A stretch of DNA of 64,000 nucleotides from Bacilli bacterium (GCA_017541325.1 JAFXZI010000005.1:6074-70073), one strand, 5' to 3'; numbered from the stretch's first letter, positions 9,697 to 19,459 are shown. The notes: generated from the letters alone by a model not told the origin. Translations and numbers: made by a program.

Positions 9697-12600
9697 ATGA
9701 AAAATAAAAAAGGGTTTACAATCATTGAATTACTTGCAGTAATTGTAATATTAGGATTAATTATTGTTGTTGCTATTCCTGCAATAAATAAGGAATTAGC
9801 TAAATTTAGGGAAAAATACTATATTGAACTTGAAAATACAGTTAAAGCAGCAGGTCAAGATTATATAGGTGATAAGCGTTTTGCAAAACCAAAAAAACTT
9901 TTAAATACAAATATTATTAAAGCGTCTGATATATCTGATAAAAATTATATGGATTCAATTAAAGATTATCGTGGACATGAATGTGATAATGAAGATGATT
10001 CATATAGTTATGTAGTTATTGTTAAATTAGATGATAAGAAATATGAATATCAAACATGCCTAAAATGTTCAGATGATGAATATGAAACTGATACAAGTAA
10101 TACAGATTTAGATTTATGTAATCCAGCATGGCTTAATAATGATAATATTACTTATAATGGATTAAGTGATAATAGCGATGAAATCATTTGGGTTTATTAT
10201 GGAACTGATTTTGAAGAAATAGAAAGACAAGTTGGTATTACTTATGGAGTAGTTAAAAGAGATGCATCTGGACACGAAATTGCTACTATAGCAGAAGGTG
10301 GAACTGGTAAAGCTAAAGTTATTTATCCAGATAATATTAATGAACTTGTTTCAGCTAACTTAGATACAGTAGTAAATTTAGTATATACATTACCCAGTGG
10401 AGAAAAAGTTAGTAAAAAAGCTAAGATGTATAGATATGGAGTACCTAAAATTACTATGAAATATAAAAATGGTAACTCTGCAACAGGTAAAGCAGCTGGT
10501 GCAACTTATAATAATGGTGCTGATGAATGGGCAAATAACCTAGATGTTGTTATTTCATATGCACAAGATGATCAAGACAAATATCCTGAGGTTATTTCTC
10601 AAAACGGTATTAAGAGAATTGAATACTATGATAAAAATGAAAAAACTTGGAAAAAAGTAGATTCTTGTAATTCTCCTGATACTGCTACATGTACATGGAA
10701 TATTAATGCTGATTTTAATAAAAACGTAAAATTAAGAATTGTAGATGGTAAAGGAAATGCTAGTAAAGAAACTGGTTTTGGAACAATTAAAGTAGATGCT
10801 CAAAAACCAGATGTAAAAGTAAAAATAGAATATCCTGGAACAATTGTAAATGGTATTTATACTGGTGACATTGTTGTAAAACTTAATTATTCTGATGCTG
10901 GTGGAAGCACTCTTAAAGGATATGGTTTAATTGATAGTGCAACTCCTACATATAATAGTGTTTCTAATATAACAATTAATTTTGATGTTAGTAAGACTTA
11001 TTATGGATATGCAATCGATTATGCTGGTAATACAAATGTAGATTCTAAAAAAGTAATAAGAGATACTACACCTCCAGTACTTAATATAACAATGCAAAGA
11101 TGCACAAACGCAGAAACACAAGATGGTTGTGCAACGGCAACTGCAGCTGCAGATGCTAAAACATGGAAACTTAAAAACATGAGATACAATATAAATGTTA
11201 CTGAAGAAAACATGGATAGAATAGAAGTCTTTGTTAACCCAGAAGGAACACTAACATCTTCTAAAGCATTACCAACATCTCCTACAACAGTAATAGGTGA
11301 TGGAGTAAAACAAACATATACAACTTTGGTTGGACCTGGAATGAGAAAGATTAAGATTGTTGCTTATGACTTGGTTGGACAAAAAGACGAAAAAACATAC
11401 GAAGCATATATTTCAAAAGAATTCACTATAACTCTAAATCAAGGTGGTGGATCTGGCGGAACAGATAAGGTCTACGAAGTATATGGAGATAAGTATTCAA
11501 AAGCAAATAATGATGGTGCAGCAATGTCTTCTACTGCAAACAAAGTAACAGTACCTTCAAGAACACATTATACATTTAATGGATACTTTACTACTTCAAC
11601 TAATACAGAAAAATATATAGATAATACGGGTGGTTTAACATCAACTGCAGATAATAAACATTTTACGGCTAATGGAACACTATATGCTCAATGGACACCT
11701 GTAAAATATACATTAACTTATAATAGTAATGGTGGAGCAGCATGTAACCCAACAACAAAGAAACAAGACTATAATGCTGAATGGGGAACACTATGTACAC
11801 CTACTAGAACTAATCATAGATTCGATGGATGGTATACTGCTGCATCTGGAGGAACTCAAGTTTCTGCTTCTACAAAAGTAACAGGAAACCTAACAGTTTA
11901 TGCTCACTGGACTGAAACAAGAAAAATTACATATAACAATAATGGTGGAACTGGAACAATGAATCCTACTGAATGTGTTAAAGGAACATCTTGTAAAGTT
12001 GCAGCTAATAGTTTTACAAGGACAGGACATACTTTTAATAAATGGAATACAAAAGCAAATGGATCAGGAACTAATTACAATCCTGGAGCTAATATTAATC
12101 CTTTGAATAATGATGTTGCATTATATGCACAATGGAAAGCAAATGCTGTAACAATTACTTTAAATCAAAATGGAGGAACTGGTGGTAATGCTCAAGTAAG
12201 TGCAACTTACGGTCAAGCAATGCCAACTACAACAAAACCTACAAGAACAAGTTATACTTTTGCTGGATATTGGACTGCTAAAAGTGGTGGAACAAGATAC
12301 TATAATCAAAATGGAGCATCTGTAAGAAATAGTGATTTCACTTCTACAGCTACTCTATATGCTAGATGGTTTAATAACTGTGTAAATACTTCAGTATGTA
12401 CACTTAAAATAAATAATGATGGAACAGCAACATATACAACATCATGTCCAGCTGGATATACAATTTCACATAGTGGAGAATATAATGCTTCATGTACTGC
12501 TAATACTTATAAAGTAGTATATAATGCTAATGGTGGTTCTGGATCGATGTCAGCTACAACTTGTACATATGGAACAGGTTGTAAATTAACTGCGGTAGCA

Positions 12601-13533
12601 TTTACTAAAACAGGACAAGGATTTAGTGGATGGGCAACGTCTTCTGGTGGAAACGTTGCATATGGAAATGGAGCAACAGTTACAAATTTAACTACTACAA
12701 ATGGAGGAACTGTTAATTTATATGCTAAATGGGCTAATTGTGGAGCAGGAAAATATCAAAATGGATCAGTTTGTAGTTCATGCCCTAAAGGAAAATATAG
12801 TACTGGAACAACTAATACAACTTGTACAGTATGTCCAAAAGGAAAATATGCTGCATCAGAAGGTAGTTCAGCGTGTACATCATGTCCAACAGGATATAAT
12901 ACTTCTGGAACAGGTTCAACTAAAAAAGCAGACTGTACTATTACTTGTGCTGCTAATAAACGTGTAGGTTCAGCTGATGCACAATGTACAACAAGTTGTT
13001 CAACAGGTTATACACATGCTGGCCATACTGTTGCTGCTGGAAGCACAAGTAGCGCTTGTTCTGCTAAAACAGTAACAGTAACATTCAATTGTAATGGTGG
13101 ATCTGGTGGTGGAAGTCAAACGTTTACATATGGAGTGGCAAATCAAAAATTTAATAAAACATGTACAAGGTCTGGATATAAACAAACATATTGGAATACT
13201 AATACTGCTGGAACTGGAACAAATTATAGTGTAGCAAGTGGAGTATCTGATGGTTGGATTAATTCTAACTCACCATCAGTTACGTTATATGCTAAATGGC
13301 AAGCAAGTTGTGCGCTTGTAACTCCTATTAAAAATGGTAATAGTACATGGAAAACTTGTTGGCAAATGGCCGTAGATACATTTGGTGATGGTTCATTATG
13401 GGATGATTATATATATGTTTGTAAAGGTACTAATAAATCCAATTGTTATAAAGCAACAACTGATAGATGTATGGAGATAGGTGTTTATGTTTATACACAC
13501 TGGAGTTATAAAACACCTAAAAGATGTGGATAA
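9697..13533 (+). CDS. Giant modular type IV pilin-like protein: prepilin leader, Ig-like region, six InlB-type B repeats, Cys-rich modules
   Basis: N-terminus MKNKKG/FTIIELLAVIVILGLIIVVAIP matches the class III (prepilin peptidase) signal, with Glu at +5 and a hydrophobic helix. There are six about 75-aa repeats, each ending in xLYAxW. 1278 aa in one open frame. Confidence 0.85.
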   Translation: MKNKKGFTIIELLAVIVILGLIIVVAIPAINKELAKFREKYYIELENTVKAAGQDYIGDKRFAKPKKLLNTNIIKASDISDKNYMDSIKDYRGHECDNEDDSYSYVVIVKLDDKKYEYQTCLKCSDDEYETDTSNTDLDLCNPAWLNNDNITYNGLSDNSDEIIWVYYGTDFEEIERQVGITYGVVKRDASGHEIATIAEGGTGKAKVIYPDNINELVSANLDTVVNLVYTLPSGEKVSKKAKMYRYGVPKITMKYKNGNSATGKAAGATYNNGADEWANNLDVVISYAQDDQDKYPEVISQNGIKRIEYYDKNEKTWKKVDSCNSPDTATCTWNINADFNKNVKLRIVDGKGNASKETGFGTIKVDAQKPDVKVKIEYPGTIVNGIYTGDIVVKLNYSDAGGSTLKGYGLIDSATPTYNSVSNITINFDVSKTYYGYAIDYAGNTNVDSKKVIRDTTPPVLNITMQRCTNAETQDGCATATAAADAKTWKLKNMRYNINVTEENMDRIEVFVNPEGTLTSSKALPTSPTTVIGDGVKQTYTTLVGPGMRKIKIVAYDLVGQKDEKTYEAYISKEFTITLNQGGGSGGTDKVYEVYGDKYSKANNDGAAMSSTANKVTVPSRTHYTFNGYFTTSTNTEKYIDNTGGLTSTADNKHFTANGTLYAQWTPVKYTLTYNSNGGAACNPTTKKQDYNAEWGTLCTPTRTNHRFDGWYTAASGGTQVSASTKVTGNLTVYAHWTETRKITYNNNGGTGTMNPTECVKGTSCKVAANSFTRTGHTFNKWNTKANGSGTNYNPGANINPLNNDVALYAQWKANAVTITLNQNGGTGGNAQVSATYGQAMPTTTKPTRTSYTFAGYWTAKSGGTRYYNQNGASVRNSDFTSTATLYARWFNNCVNTSVCTLKINNDGTATYTTSCPAGYTISHSGEYNASCTANTYKVVYNANGGSGSMSATTCTYGTGCKLTAVAFTKTGQGFSGWATSSGGNVAYGNGATVTNLTTTNGGTVNLYAKWANCGAGKYQNGSVCSSCPKGKYSTGTTNTTCTVCPKGKYAASEGSSACTSCPTGYNTSGTGSTKKADCTITCAANKRVGSADAQCTTSCSTGYTHAGHTVAAGSTSSACSAKTVTVTFNCNGGSGGGSQTFTYGVANQKFNKTCTRSGYKQTYWNTNTAGTGTNYSVASGVSDGWINSNSPSVTLYAKWQASCALVTPIKNGNSTWKTCWQMAVDTFGDGSLWDDYIYVCKGTNKSNCYKATTDRCMEIGVYVYTHWSYKTPKRCG
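11422..13305 (+). repeat. Six degenerate protein-level repeats of the Listeria-Bacteroides / InlB B-repeat (Flg_new-like) type inside the pilin-like gene
   Basis: Recurring pattern (Y)TxxxNxNGG(S/T)G ... xRxG(Y/H)xFxGW(Y/N)T ... G(T)xY ... xxLYA(Q/K/R/H)W. The repeats end in LYAQWT, VYAHWT, LYAQWK, LYARWF, LYAKWA and LYAKWQ. Confidence 0.7.
12739..13020 (+). repeat. Cys-rich CxxCPxGKY-type repeats (ephrin-receptor-like / GCC2_GCC3-like) within the pilin-like gene
   Basis: CGAGKYQNGSVCSSCPKGKYSTGTTNTTCTVCPKGKYAASEGSSACTSCPTGYNTSGTGSTKKADCTITCAANKRVGSADAQCTTSCSTGYTH. Confidence 0.6.
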
Positions 13534-13547
13534 TAGGAGATGATATT

Positions 13548-14162
13548 ATGAAAAATAAATTATTAACTATTGTGATTATAATTATTGGTGTTGTTGCAAT
13601 TGCTTTAGGATTATTAATAAGCAATAATGATACAACTAAAAAAGATAAAAAAGAAGAATCAGTAAAAAAAGATGAAAACTATATAAAGCATTATAATACA
13701 TCATCTCAACAAGAAGATGGAGAGTTTAGCGGTCAAAAGAAAGATGATGTAAAAGAAAATTATAAAACAACAGGATTTGATAATGTTAAATGTGATGATA
13801 ACACTTGTACATTATCTAAACCAGTAGGAAATGATTCAAAGCATGAAGACTCTTTAGTACTAACTTTCAAAGAAGATGTAATTGAATATATGAATGTTAG
13901 GTTATTATATTTAAGTGATTCATTTGATTCTTCAACAGTAACTAATGACTTAAATACTATAATTAATAATTATTATGGTTATAAGTTAGATCAAAGTGTT
14001 GTAAGTAAGGGACTTGAAGAATTAAAAAAGAAAACTGATGCAGGAAATTACTATATTGAACTAAAAGATGGAGAATATCTTGTAACTTATGTAACCGGAA
14101 AGGAAGACAATTATTATTTCTGTTCTGTTCAAATAGTAAAACAATCAGATTATTATAATTAA
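13548..14162 (+). CDS. Membrane-anchored protein, unknown function
   Basis: ATG at 13548 behind RBS aggag. The ORF-track start at 13524 overlaps the previous gene. Single N-terminal TM (LLTIVIIIIGVVAIALGLLI). Confidence 0.6.
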   Translation: MKNKLLTIVIIIIGVVAIALGLLISNNDTTKKDKKEESVKKDENYIKHYNTSSQQEDGEFSGQKKDDVKENYKTTGFDNVKCDDNTCTLSKPVGNDSKHEDSLVLTFKEDVIEYMNVRLLYLSDSFDSSTVTNDLNTIINNYYGYKLDQSVVSKGLEELKKKTDAGNYYIELKDGEYLVTYVTGKEDNYYFCSVQIVKQSDYYN

Positions 14163-14163
14163 T

Positions 14164-14189
14164 AAAAGGTGTCGTAAGACATCTTTTTT
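14164..14189 (+). terminator. Rho-independent terminator
   Basis: aaggtgtc gtaa gacatctt hairpin (one G-T wobble) followed by a T-run. Confidence 0.65.
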
Positions 14190-14240
14190 GATTGACTGTA
14201 AAAAGTTATTATTTTAAAATGGAAATATGGAAGTGATTAT

Positions 14241-15608
14241 ATGAAATTAGATTTAGCTGATTTAATAAAAGATTATAAAAAATATTTAGATAAAGAAATA
14301 ATATTAGAAGGATGGGTAAGAAATCATCGTAAACAAAAAAGTTTTGGTTTTATAGATTTTTCTGATGGTACATGTTTTTCTCATTTACAAATAGTATATG
14401 AAGATGATATTAAGAATTTTGATGATATTCAAAAAATGTTAGTTGGTTGTGCGATTAGAGTTACTGGTACTTTAGTAAAATCTACAGGAAATCAAGAGTA
14501 TGAGTTAAAAGCAAAAGAAGTAGAATTATTAGGAGATTGTCCAGCTGATTATCCAATTCAACCAAAAAGACATACAAGAGAATTCTTAAGAGAAGTAGCT
14601 TATCTTCGTCCTAGAACAAATTTATTTCAAGCTGTATTTAAGGTAAGAAGTGTAGCAGCTCAAGCAATTCATGAATATTTTCAATCTAATAATTATGTTT
14701 ATGTTCATACACCACTTATAACTACTACTGACTGTGAAGGTAGTGATCAAATGTTTAAAATTACAACACTTGATTTAAGTGGTGATAAAAAGTTAGATTT
14801 GTCTAAAGATTTATTTGGTAAACAAGCATATATTACTGGAAGTGGACAACTTCATGGAGAAACTTTTGCTTTAGCATTTAAAAAGATTTATACATTTGGA
14901 CCAACTTTTAGAACTGAAAACTCTAATACTAAAACTCATGCTAATGAGTTTTGGATGATTGAACCAGAAATTGCTTTTTGTGATTTAAATGGTTTAATGG
15001 ATATTGAAGAAGATATGCTTAAATATGTTGTAAAATATGTATTAGATAGATGTAGTGATGAAATAGATTTCTTTGATAGTTTTGTTGAAAAAGGATTAAG
15101 AGAAAAACTTGAAAAATTAGTAAGTTCTCATTTTACTAGAATTACTCATCATGATGTAATAGATATTTTAAGAGCAGCTGACATTAAATGGGAGTTTACT
15201 CCTGATTATGATGATGACATAGCTAAAGAACATGAAAAATATATTACTGAATATTTTAATGGACCAGTATTTATTACTGATTGGCCAAAAGATATTAAAG
15301 CATGGTATATGAAAACTAATCCAGATAATAAAACAGTTGCTGCTGTTGATTTGGAAGTTCCAGGTGCTGGAGAGTTAATGGGTGGTTCACAAAGAGAAGA
15401 TAACTACGATGTTTTAATAAAACGTGCTAAAGAATTAGGAGTAGATATTGATAGTGTTGATTGGTATATGAATCTAAGAAGATTTGGTGGATGTTATCAT
15501 TCAGGATTTGGAATGGGATTTGAAAGATTGATTATATACTTAACTGGAGTAGAGAATATAAGAGATGTAATTCCTTATCCAAGAACTCCAGGAAACTGCC
15601 AATATTAG
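14241..15608 (+). CDS. asnS: Asparaginyl-tRNA synthetase
   Basis: 455 aa. N-terminal OB-fold region, then class IIb motifs FRTENSNTKTHANEFWMIEPE, GGSQRE and GFGMGFERL. Confidence 0.95.
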   Translation: MKLDLADLIKDYKKYLDKEIILEGWVRNHRKQKSFGFIDFSDGTCFSHLQIVYEDDIKNFDDIQKMLVGCAIRVTGTLVKSTGNQEYELKAKEVELLGDCPADYPIQPKRHTREFLREVAYLRPRTNLFQAVFKVRSVAAQAIHEYFQSNNYVYVHTPLITTTDCEGSDQMFKITTLDLSGDKKLDLSKDLFGKQAYITGSGQLHGETFALAFKKIYTFGPTFRTENSNTKTHANEFWMIEPEIAFCDLNGLMDIEEDMLKYVVKYVLDRCSDEIDFFDSFVEKGLREKLEKLVSSHFTRITHHDVIDILRAADIKWEFTPDYDDDIAKEHEKYITEYFNGPVFITDWPKDIKAWYMKTNPDNKTVAAVDLEVPGAGELMGGSQREDNYDVLIKRAKELGVDIDSVDWYMNLRRFGGCYHSGFGMGFERLIIYLTGVENIRDVIPYPRTPGNCQY

Positions 15609-15622
15609 TTTACTATTTTTAC

Positions 15623-15651
15623 AAAAAAAGAGATTTATTTCTCTTTTTTTT
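15623..15651 (+). terminator. Rho-independent terminator after asnS
   Basis: aaaaagaga tttat tctcttttt hairpin running into T8. Confidence 0.6.
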
Positions 15652-15695
15652 GTTATCAAAATACTATATACTTATTATAGAATAGGGGTGGTATT

Positions 15696-17312
15696 ATGGT
15701 ACTACGTAAACCATATGCATTTTTAATTCGACACTTTAAAGCTATCCATATAATTTTAGTAATCTTAATGGGATTCCTTGTTTATAAAATGTATAATATG
15801 AGTTCCTTCTTAGGACCTTATCTTGAAGCAGGAGAATATGGTGTAGTAAGTGGAGTAGCTGGCAAATATGTCGGTTTCTTTGGATTATTAATTCCTATAA
15901 TAATTATATTCTTATTAGGTAGTATTGCCTATTTATTAAAACGAAAAGAAAAACCTATTAAATATTATTTAATTACAATGCTTATTTACTTCATTGAATT
16001 AATTACAATGATAGTAGGTTTTACTATATTTACATCAATTGAACAAGGTACTGTTAATAGTACTTTAGCAAGTATTTTTAACGATTTAGTAAAAGCTTTA
16101 GCGGTTCTGCCTTTACCTTTTATGCTTATTTCTTTAGTAAGAGGTGTAGGTTTTAATGTAAAACAATTTAATTTTAAAAAAGATTTAATTGAACTTCATA
16201 TTGAAGAAGGAGATAGTGAAGAATTCGAACTTGAAATGGAGTTCGATAATGAAAATCTAAAAGCTAGAATCAATAGAAGAATAAGATTTATAAGATATGT
16301 TTATTTAGAAAACAAAAAAGTCTTTTTTGGAGTATTTATATTTGTTATTCTAGTTATTGCAATATTAGTAATAAAGTATTTAACAAGCATTGAACATATT
16401 TATACAACTAAAGAACATTACAAATCTAGTGGAATAGACTTTGTTGTTAATAATTCATATATTACTAATAGAGATTGTAGTGGAAGAGAAATAAAAGCTG
16501 GTAAGTATTATGTAATAATTAATATGACTGGAAATAATAAAACAAAAAATGATCAAAAATTATTAATGGATTATATGTATTTAAAAGTAGATGGACATAA
16601 ACAATATAATCCAACTGACAGTTATATAGATGAATTCTCTGATTTTGGAAATAGAATGACATCTGATACATATATACCTGCTAAAACTACTATGACATTT
16701 AACCTAGTATTTGAAATAGATAGTAAGTATAAAGATATTAAAAAAGTAAGATTTGATCATATAAAAAGTTTTAAACAAAATCTAGATGGTTCATATAAAT
16801 ATGCAAAAGTTAATTTATGGCCAAAAAGATTTAAAGAAGAACAAACTATTAATACAGTAAAACTTGAAAAGAAATTAGACTTTAAAGGTAGTCTAGTAGA
16901 AGGTACTAGTTTAGTAATAAATAGTGCAGAAGTTGGAACTAATTTTAATTATAAATATACTAAAACTATTGGTGGAAAAGAAAAAGAATTTACAAAAAAT
17001 ATTTTCCCAACAGAAATAAGCAGATATAGAAAAGCAATTATTAAATTAGATGCAAAACTAACTAAAAATGATAATCTAAATAGCAAAATCTATGATAGTT
17101 TCTATGAAAAATTTGCTCTTATAGAATATGAAGATAATGGTATTATGCGATATGGAAAATCATATATAATTGATTTAACAAAAGATGATGGATATACATA
17201 TCTAGAAGTAAACTATGAAGCACTTAATTCAAATAAAGTTAATCTAGTATTTACTATAAGAGATAAAGTATATAAATACACTATAATAGAAAAAGATGTG
17301 AATAAGAAATAA
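15696..17312 (+). CDS. Polytopic membrane protein with extracellular beta-rich C-terminal domain, unknown function
   Basis: RBS aggggtgg. About 5 N-terminal TM helices, an acidic linker, another TM, then a 300-aa soluble region. Confidence 0.7.
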   Translation: MVLRKPYAFLIRHFKAIHIILVILMGFLVYKMYNMSSFLGPYLEAGEYGVVSGVAGKYVGFFGLLIPIIIIFLLGSIAYLLKRKEKPIKYYLITMLIYFIELITMIVGFTIFTSIEQGTVNSTLASIFNDLVKALAVLPLPFMLISLVRGVGFNVKQFNFKKDLIELHIEEGDSEEFELEMEFDNENLKARINRRIRFIRYVYLENKKVFFGVFIFVILVIAILVIKYLTSIEHIYTTKEHYKSSGIDFVVNNSYITNRDCSGREIKAGKYYVIINMTGNNKTKNDQKLLMDYMYLKVDGHKQYNPTDSYIDEFSDFGNRMTSDTYIPAKTTMTFNLVFEIDSKYKDIKKVRFDHIKSFKQNLDGSYKYAKVNLWPKRFKEEQTINTVKLEKKLDFKGSLVEGTSLVINSAEVGTNFNYKYTKTIGGKEKEFTKNIFPTEISRYRKAIIKLDAKLTKNDNLNSKIYDSFYEKFALIEYEDNGIMRYGKSYIIDLTKDDGYTYLEVNYEALNSNKVNLVFTIRDKVYKYTIIEKDVNKK

Positions 17313-17325
17313 TCACATCTTTTTT
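17294..17325 (+). terminator. Rho-independent terminator
   Basis: agatgtga/tcacatct stem enclosing the stop codon, followed by T5. Confidence 0.6.
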
Positions 17326-17375
17326 ATATTATTATTGAATTAATCAATGTTTTTTGTTATAATTTTTTTATCAAC

Positions 17376-17449
17376 GGGTCTATAGCCAAGTGGTAAGGCA
17401 TGGGACTGCAACTCCCCGATCGTTGGTTCAAATCCGACTAGGCCCTCCA
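17376..17449 (+). tRNA. tRNA-Cys (anticodon GCA), CCA encoded
   Basis: The acceptor stem gggtcta pairs with taggccc (one G-T). The anticodon loop is ctGCAac. The T-arm is ggttcaaatcc. Discriminator t followed by cca. 74 nt. Confidence 0.9.
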
Positions 17450-17456
17450 ATATGAT

Positions 17457-17486
17457 AAAAACTAACTAGAAATAGTTAGTTTTTTT
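17457..17486. terminator. Bidirectional hairpin terminator after tRNA-Cys
   Basis: aaaaactaacta gaaa tagttagttttt is a perfect 12-bp palindrome with an A-run on one side and a T-run on the other. Confidence 0.7.
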
Positions 17487-17679
17487 GTTTAGAATGGTAA
17501 TAATTTTTTATCTATATCAAATGCTCTTGCTATCTTAACAGTTTTTGTAGTAGCGTTACCATTGTTTTGTCTTTTATTTAATACTAAAACTAGTGGGAAA
17601 GTTATAATACCATTTATACAAACTAATCCAATTACAATATCATAATATATTTATATAGTTAGTATTAATTATATTATAT

Positions 17680-18429
17680 TTATTTTTTGTGTTCACTAGT
17701 AGGATATATCTCTTTACACATATCAAGAAATTGTTGATGAGTAAATACTTTATTAGGATTAAGACCATTTTCGCTCATACAAGTTCTTAAACCTTCAACA
17801 TTTTCACCAGTAGTAATAATACCTACAAATCTATCTTCATCAAAACGAATACTTTCAACACCACCAAATACTTCAGTACTTTTTCCAGTAGATAATACTT
17901 TTTCATATTCATGTTCCTTTGGATAAAAAACAAAAATCGCTCCATATGGCATAAATAAATCAGTACTACTTTCTGCAAATTCAAGACTAACTTGAATATT
18001 AGTTTTAGCAGTAACATCTATTTGAGTAGCAAATGATTTAAAATCAACACCTCTTTCTTCTGGAGTAAATAAACCACCTGATTCAATTATTTTTTTAATC
18101 ATACCAATATTATTATTACCATGAAATACAACAGGAACATCATCTGGGATAGATTGATCAACAAGCTGAGCATAAGTTTTAAAAATACGAGTTCTTTCTT
18201 CTAAATCTTCATCAGTATGAGGTCTCATACTTGATAATCTTGTTTGAATATTTGTTATAGAAGCTAAAAGATTATTAACTCTTCTTGTATATAAATCAAC
18301 TTTTTTAGTATCACCATTTGATTGTGCTTCTTTTAATTTTCCTTCTATTTCTTTTAATTTTTCTTTTTTATCATGATAAATACTAGAATAATTAGTTTTC
18401 ATTGTTTCAAATCTTTCATTATTAGCCAT
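17680..18429 (-). CDS. Hypothetical protein: N-terminal coiled coil plus conserved C-terminal domain, distant paralogue of 21782..22492
   Basis: 249-aa ORF on the minority strand with an RBS-like gagggtga upstream. No TM or signal peptide. Shares ordered motifs with the 21782 ORF (see findings). Confidence 0.7.
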   Translation of the reverse strand: MANNERFETMKTNYSSIYHDKKEKLKEIEGKLKEAQSNGDTKKVDLYTRRVNNLLASITNIQTRLSSMRPHTDEDLEERTRIFKTYAQLVDQSIPDDVPVVFHGNNNIGMIKKIIESGGLFTPEERGVDFKSFATQIDVTAKTNIQVSLEFAESSTDLFMPYGAIFVFYPKEHEYEKVLSTGKSTEVFGGVESIRFDEDRFVGIITTGENVEGLRTCMSENGLNPNKVFTHQQFLDMCKEIYPTSEHKK

Positions 18430-18723
18430 CTAATCACCCTCTATAATTTGATTATAGCATATTGAAAGTTTTGATTAATATGATTAGACAGAATTATTGT
18501 CAAATAATAATTGTTATGTTATCTTTAAATTTATAATAATAATTAATTAGGGGGGTTGTATGATAAAGAATCTAAATGTATTTTTTAATAAAATTAAAAA
18601 ATGCTCTTACGGTGTAGGTTACTTCCATAGAAAAAGAAATTTCCTTCCTGTTTTACAAGAAGATAAAAGATATACAGTACATCCACCAAAGAATACATAT
18701 AAAGCTAGACAATATACAAAAAG

Positions 18724-18753
18724 AAAAACTAACAGATACTGTTAGTTTTTTTT
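18724..18753. terminator. Bidirectional hairpin terminator downstream of the minus-strand lipoprotein gene
   Basis: aaaactaacag ata ctgttagtttt is an 11-bp perfect stem flanked by A-runs and T-runs. Confidence 0.7.
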
Positions 18754-19447
18754 ATTTTGATTTTGTTATAGTAGCTCTGCTTAATTGTAAATATTGTCCT
18801 TCTTTTAGAGTGATTATCTTTTTTCCATTAAAATTATCATTTGACACTATTTTATTATTTCCAACAGGACCTGACAAAATAGCATAATAACCACTTCCCA
18901 TACTTTCTACAACGTATTTACCAGGAGTAATATCTACACCAACTTTATAAAATCCAGATTGATTCCAATTCGTTTGTTCATTTAATGCTTCATATAATTC
19001 TTTTGCACCTTTGACTTCTAAATCCTTAAGTGCAGATGTTTTTACTAAAACACCACTTGTTTCAATATTTCCAGCAGCATGTACATATACATAACCAAAA
19101 CTATCAAAATTTTCATTGTCTATTATATTTCCTGCTGCATCTTCTTCGCTATAATATGATCAGCTTCCTTCAAATTTAACAAATGCATATTCTCCTTTAG
19201 GAATATCTCCTTTTATATAATCTCCTGCATCATATGCTAGATTCTTATCAAACAAATCACTAATTAGTAATAAAGTCTTCTCATATTTTGTTAATTCTTT
19301 TTGTTGTTCTGGTTCTTTAACTTCTTCTTTTTGTTCAGTATCAGTATTTGATGACTGAGCATCATCTGTGTTAGCTTCTTCATTTGATGAACATCCAACA
19401 ATCAGCAAAGCAAATAATAATACAAATAATAATCTAATCTTTTTCAT
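18752..19447 (-). pseudogene. Lipoprotein gene interrupted by a single in-frame TGA (95 codons, TGA, 135 more codons in the same frame)
   Basis: Lipobox LLIVGCSS. The ORF-track call stops at the TGA (complement of 19160-19162). My translation continues in frame for 135 codons (SYYSEEDAAGNIIDNENFDSFGYVYVHAAGN...LQLSRATITKSK) to a TAA at 18752-18754, just before the terminator. Confidence 0.6.
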
Positions 19448-19459
19448 TTTAACCTCCTA

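Noticed and set aside
12701-12967. 88-aa + strand ORF in another frame of the pilin-like gene (also 10927..11213 and 13000..13185 on the minus strand)
   Set aside because: Embedded in the 1278-aa frame, whose repeat structure is coherent. No independent signals.
17489-17650. About 50-codon minus-strand ORF next to the tRNA (..GLVCINGIITFPLVLVLNKRQNNGNATTKTVKIARAFDIDKKLLPF)
   Set aside because: It has no ATG/GTG/TTG start in frame after the preceding stop. It may be a remnant of an HTH-type gene but cannot be supported as a feature.
18560-18745. 61-aa very basic + strand ORF with a G-rich RBS-like sequence between two minus-strand genes
   Set aside because: It is short, has no recognisable family, and its stop lies inside the shared terminator hairpin. 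It could be real, but the evidence is insufficient to annotate it.
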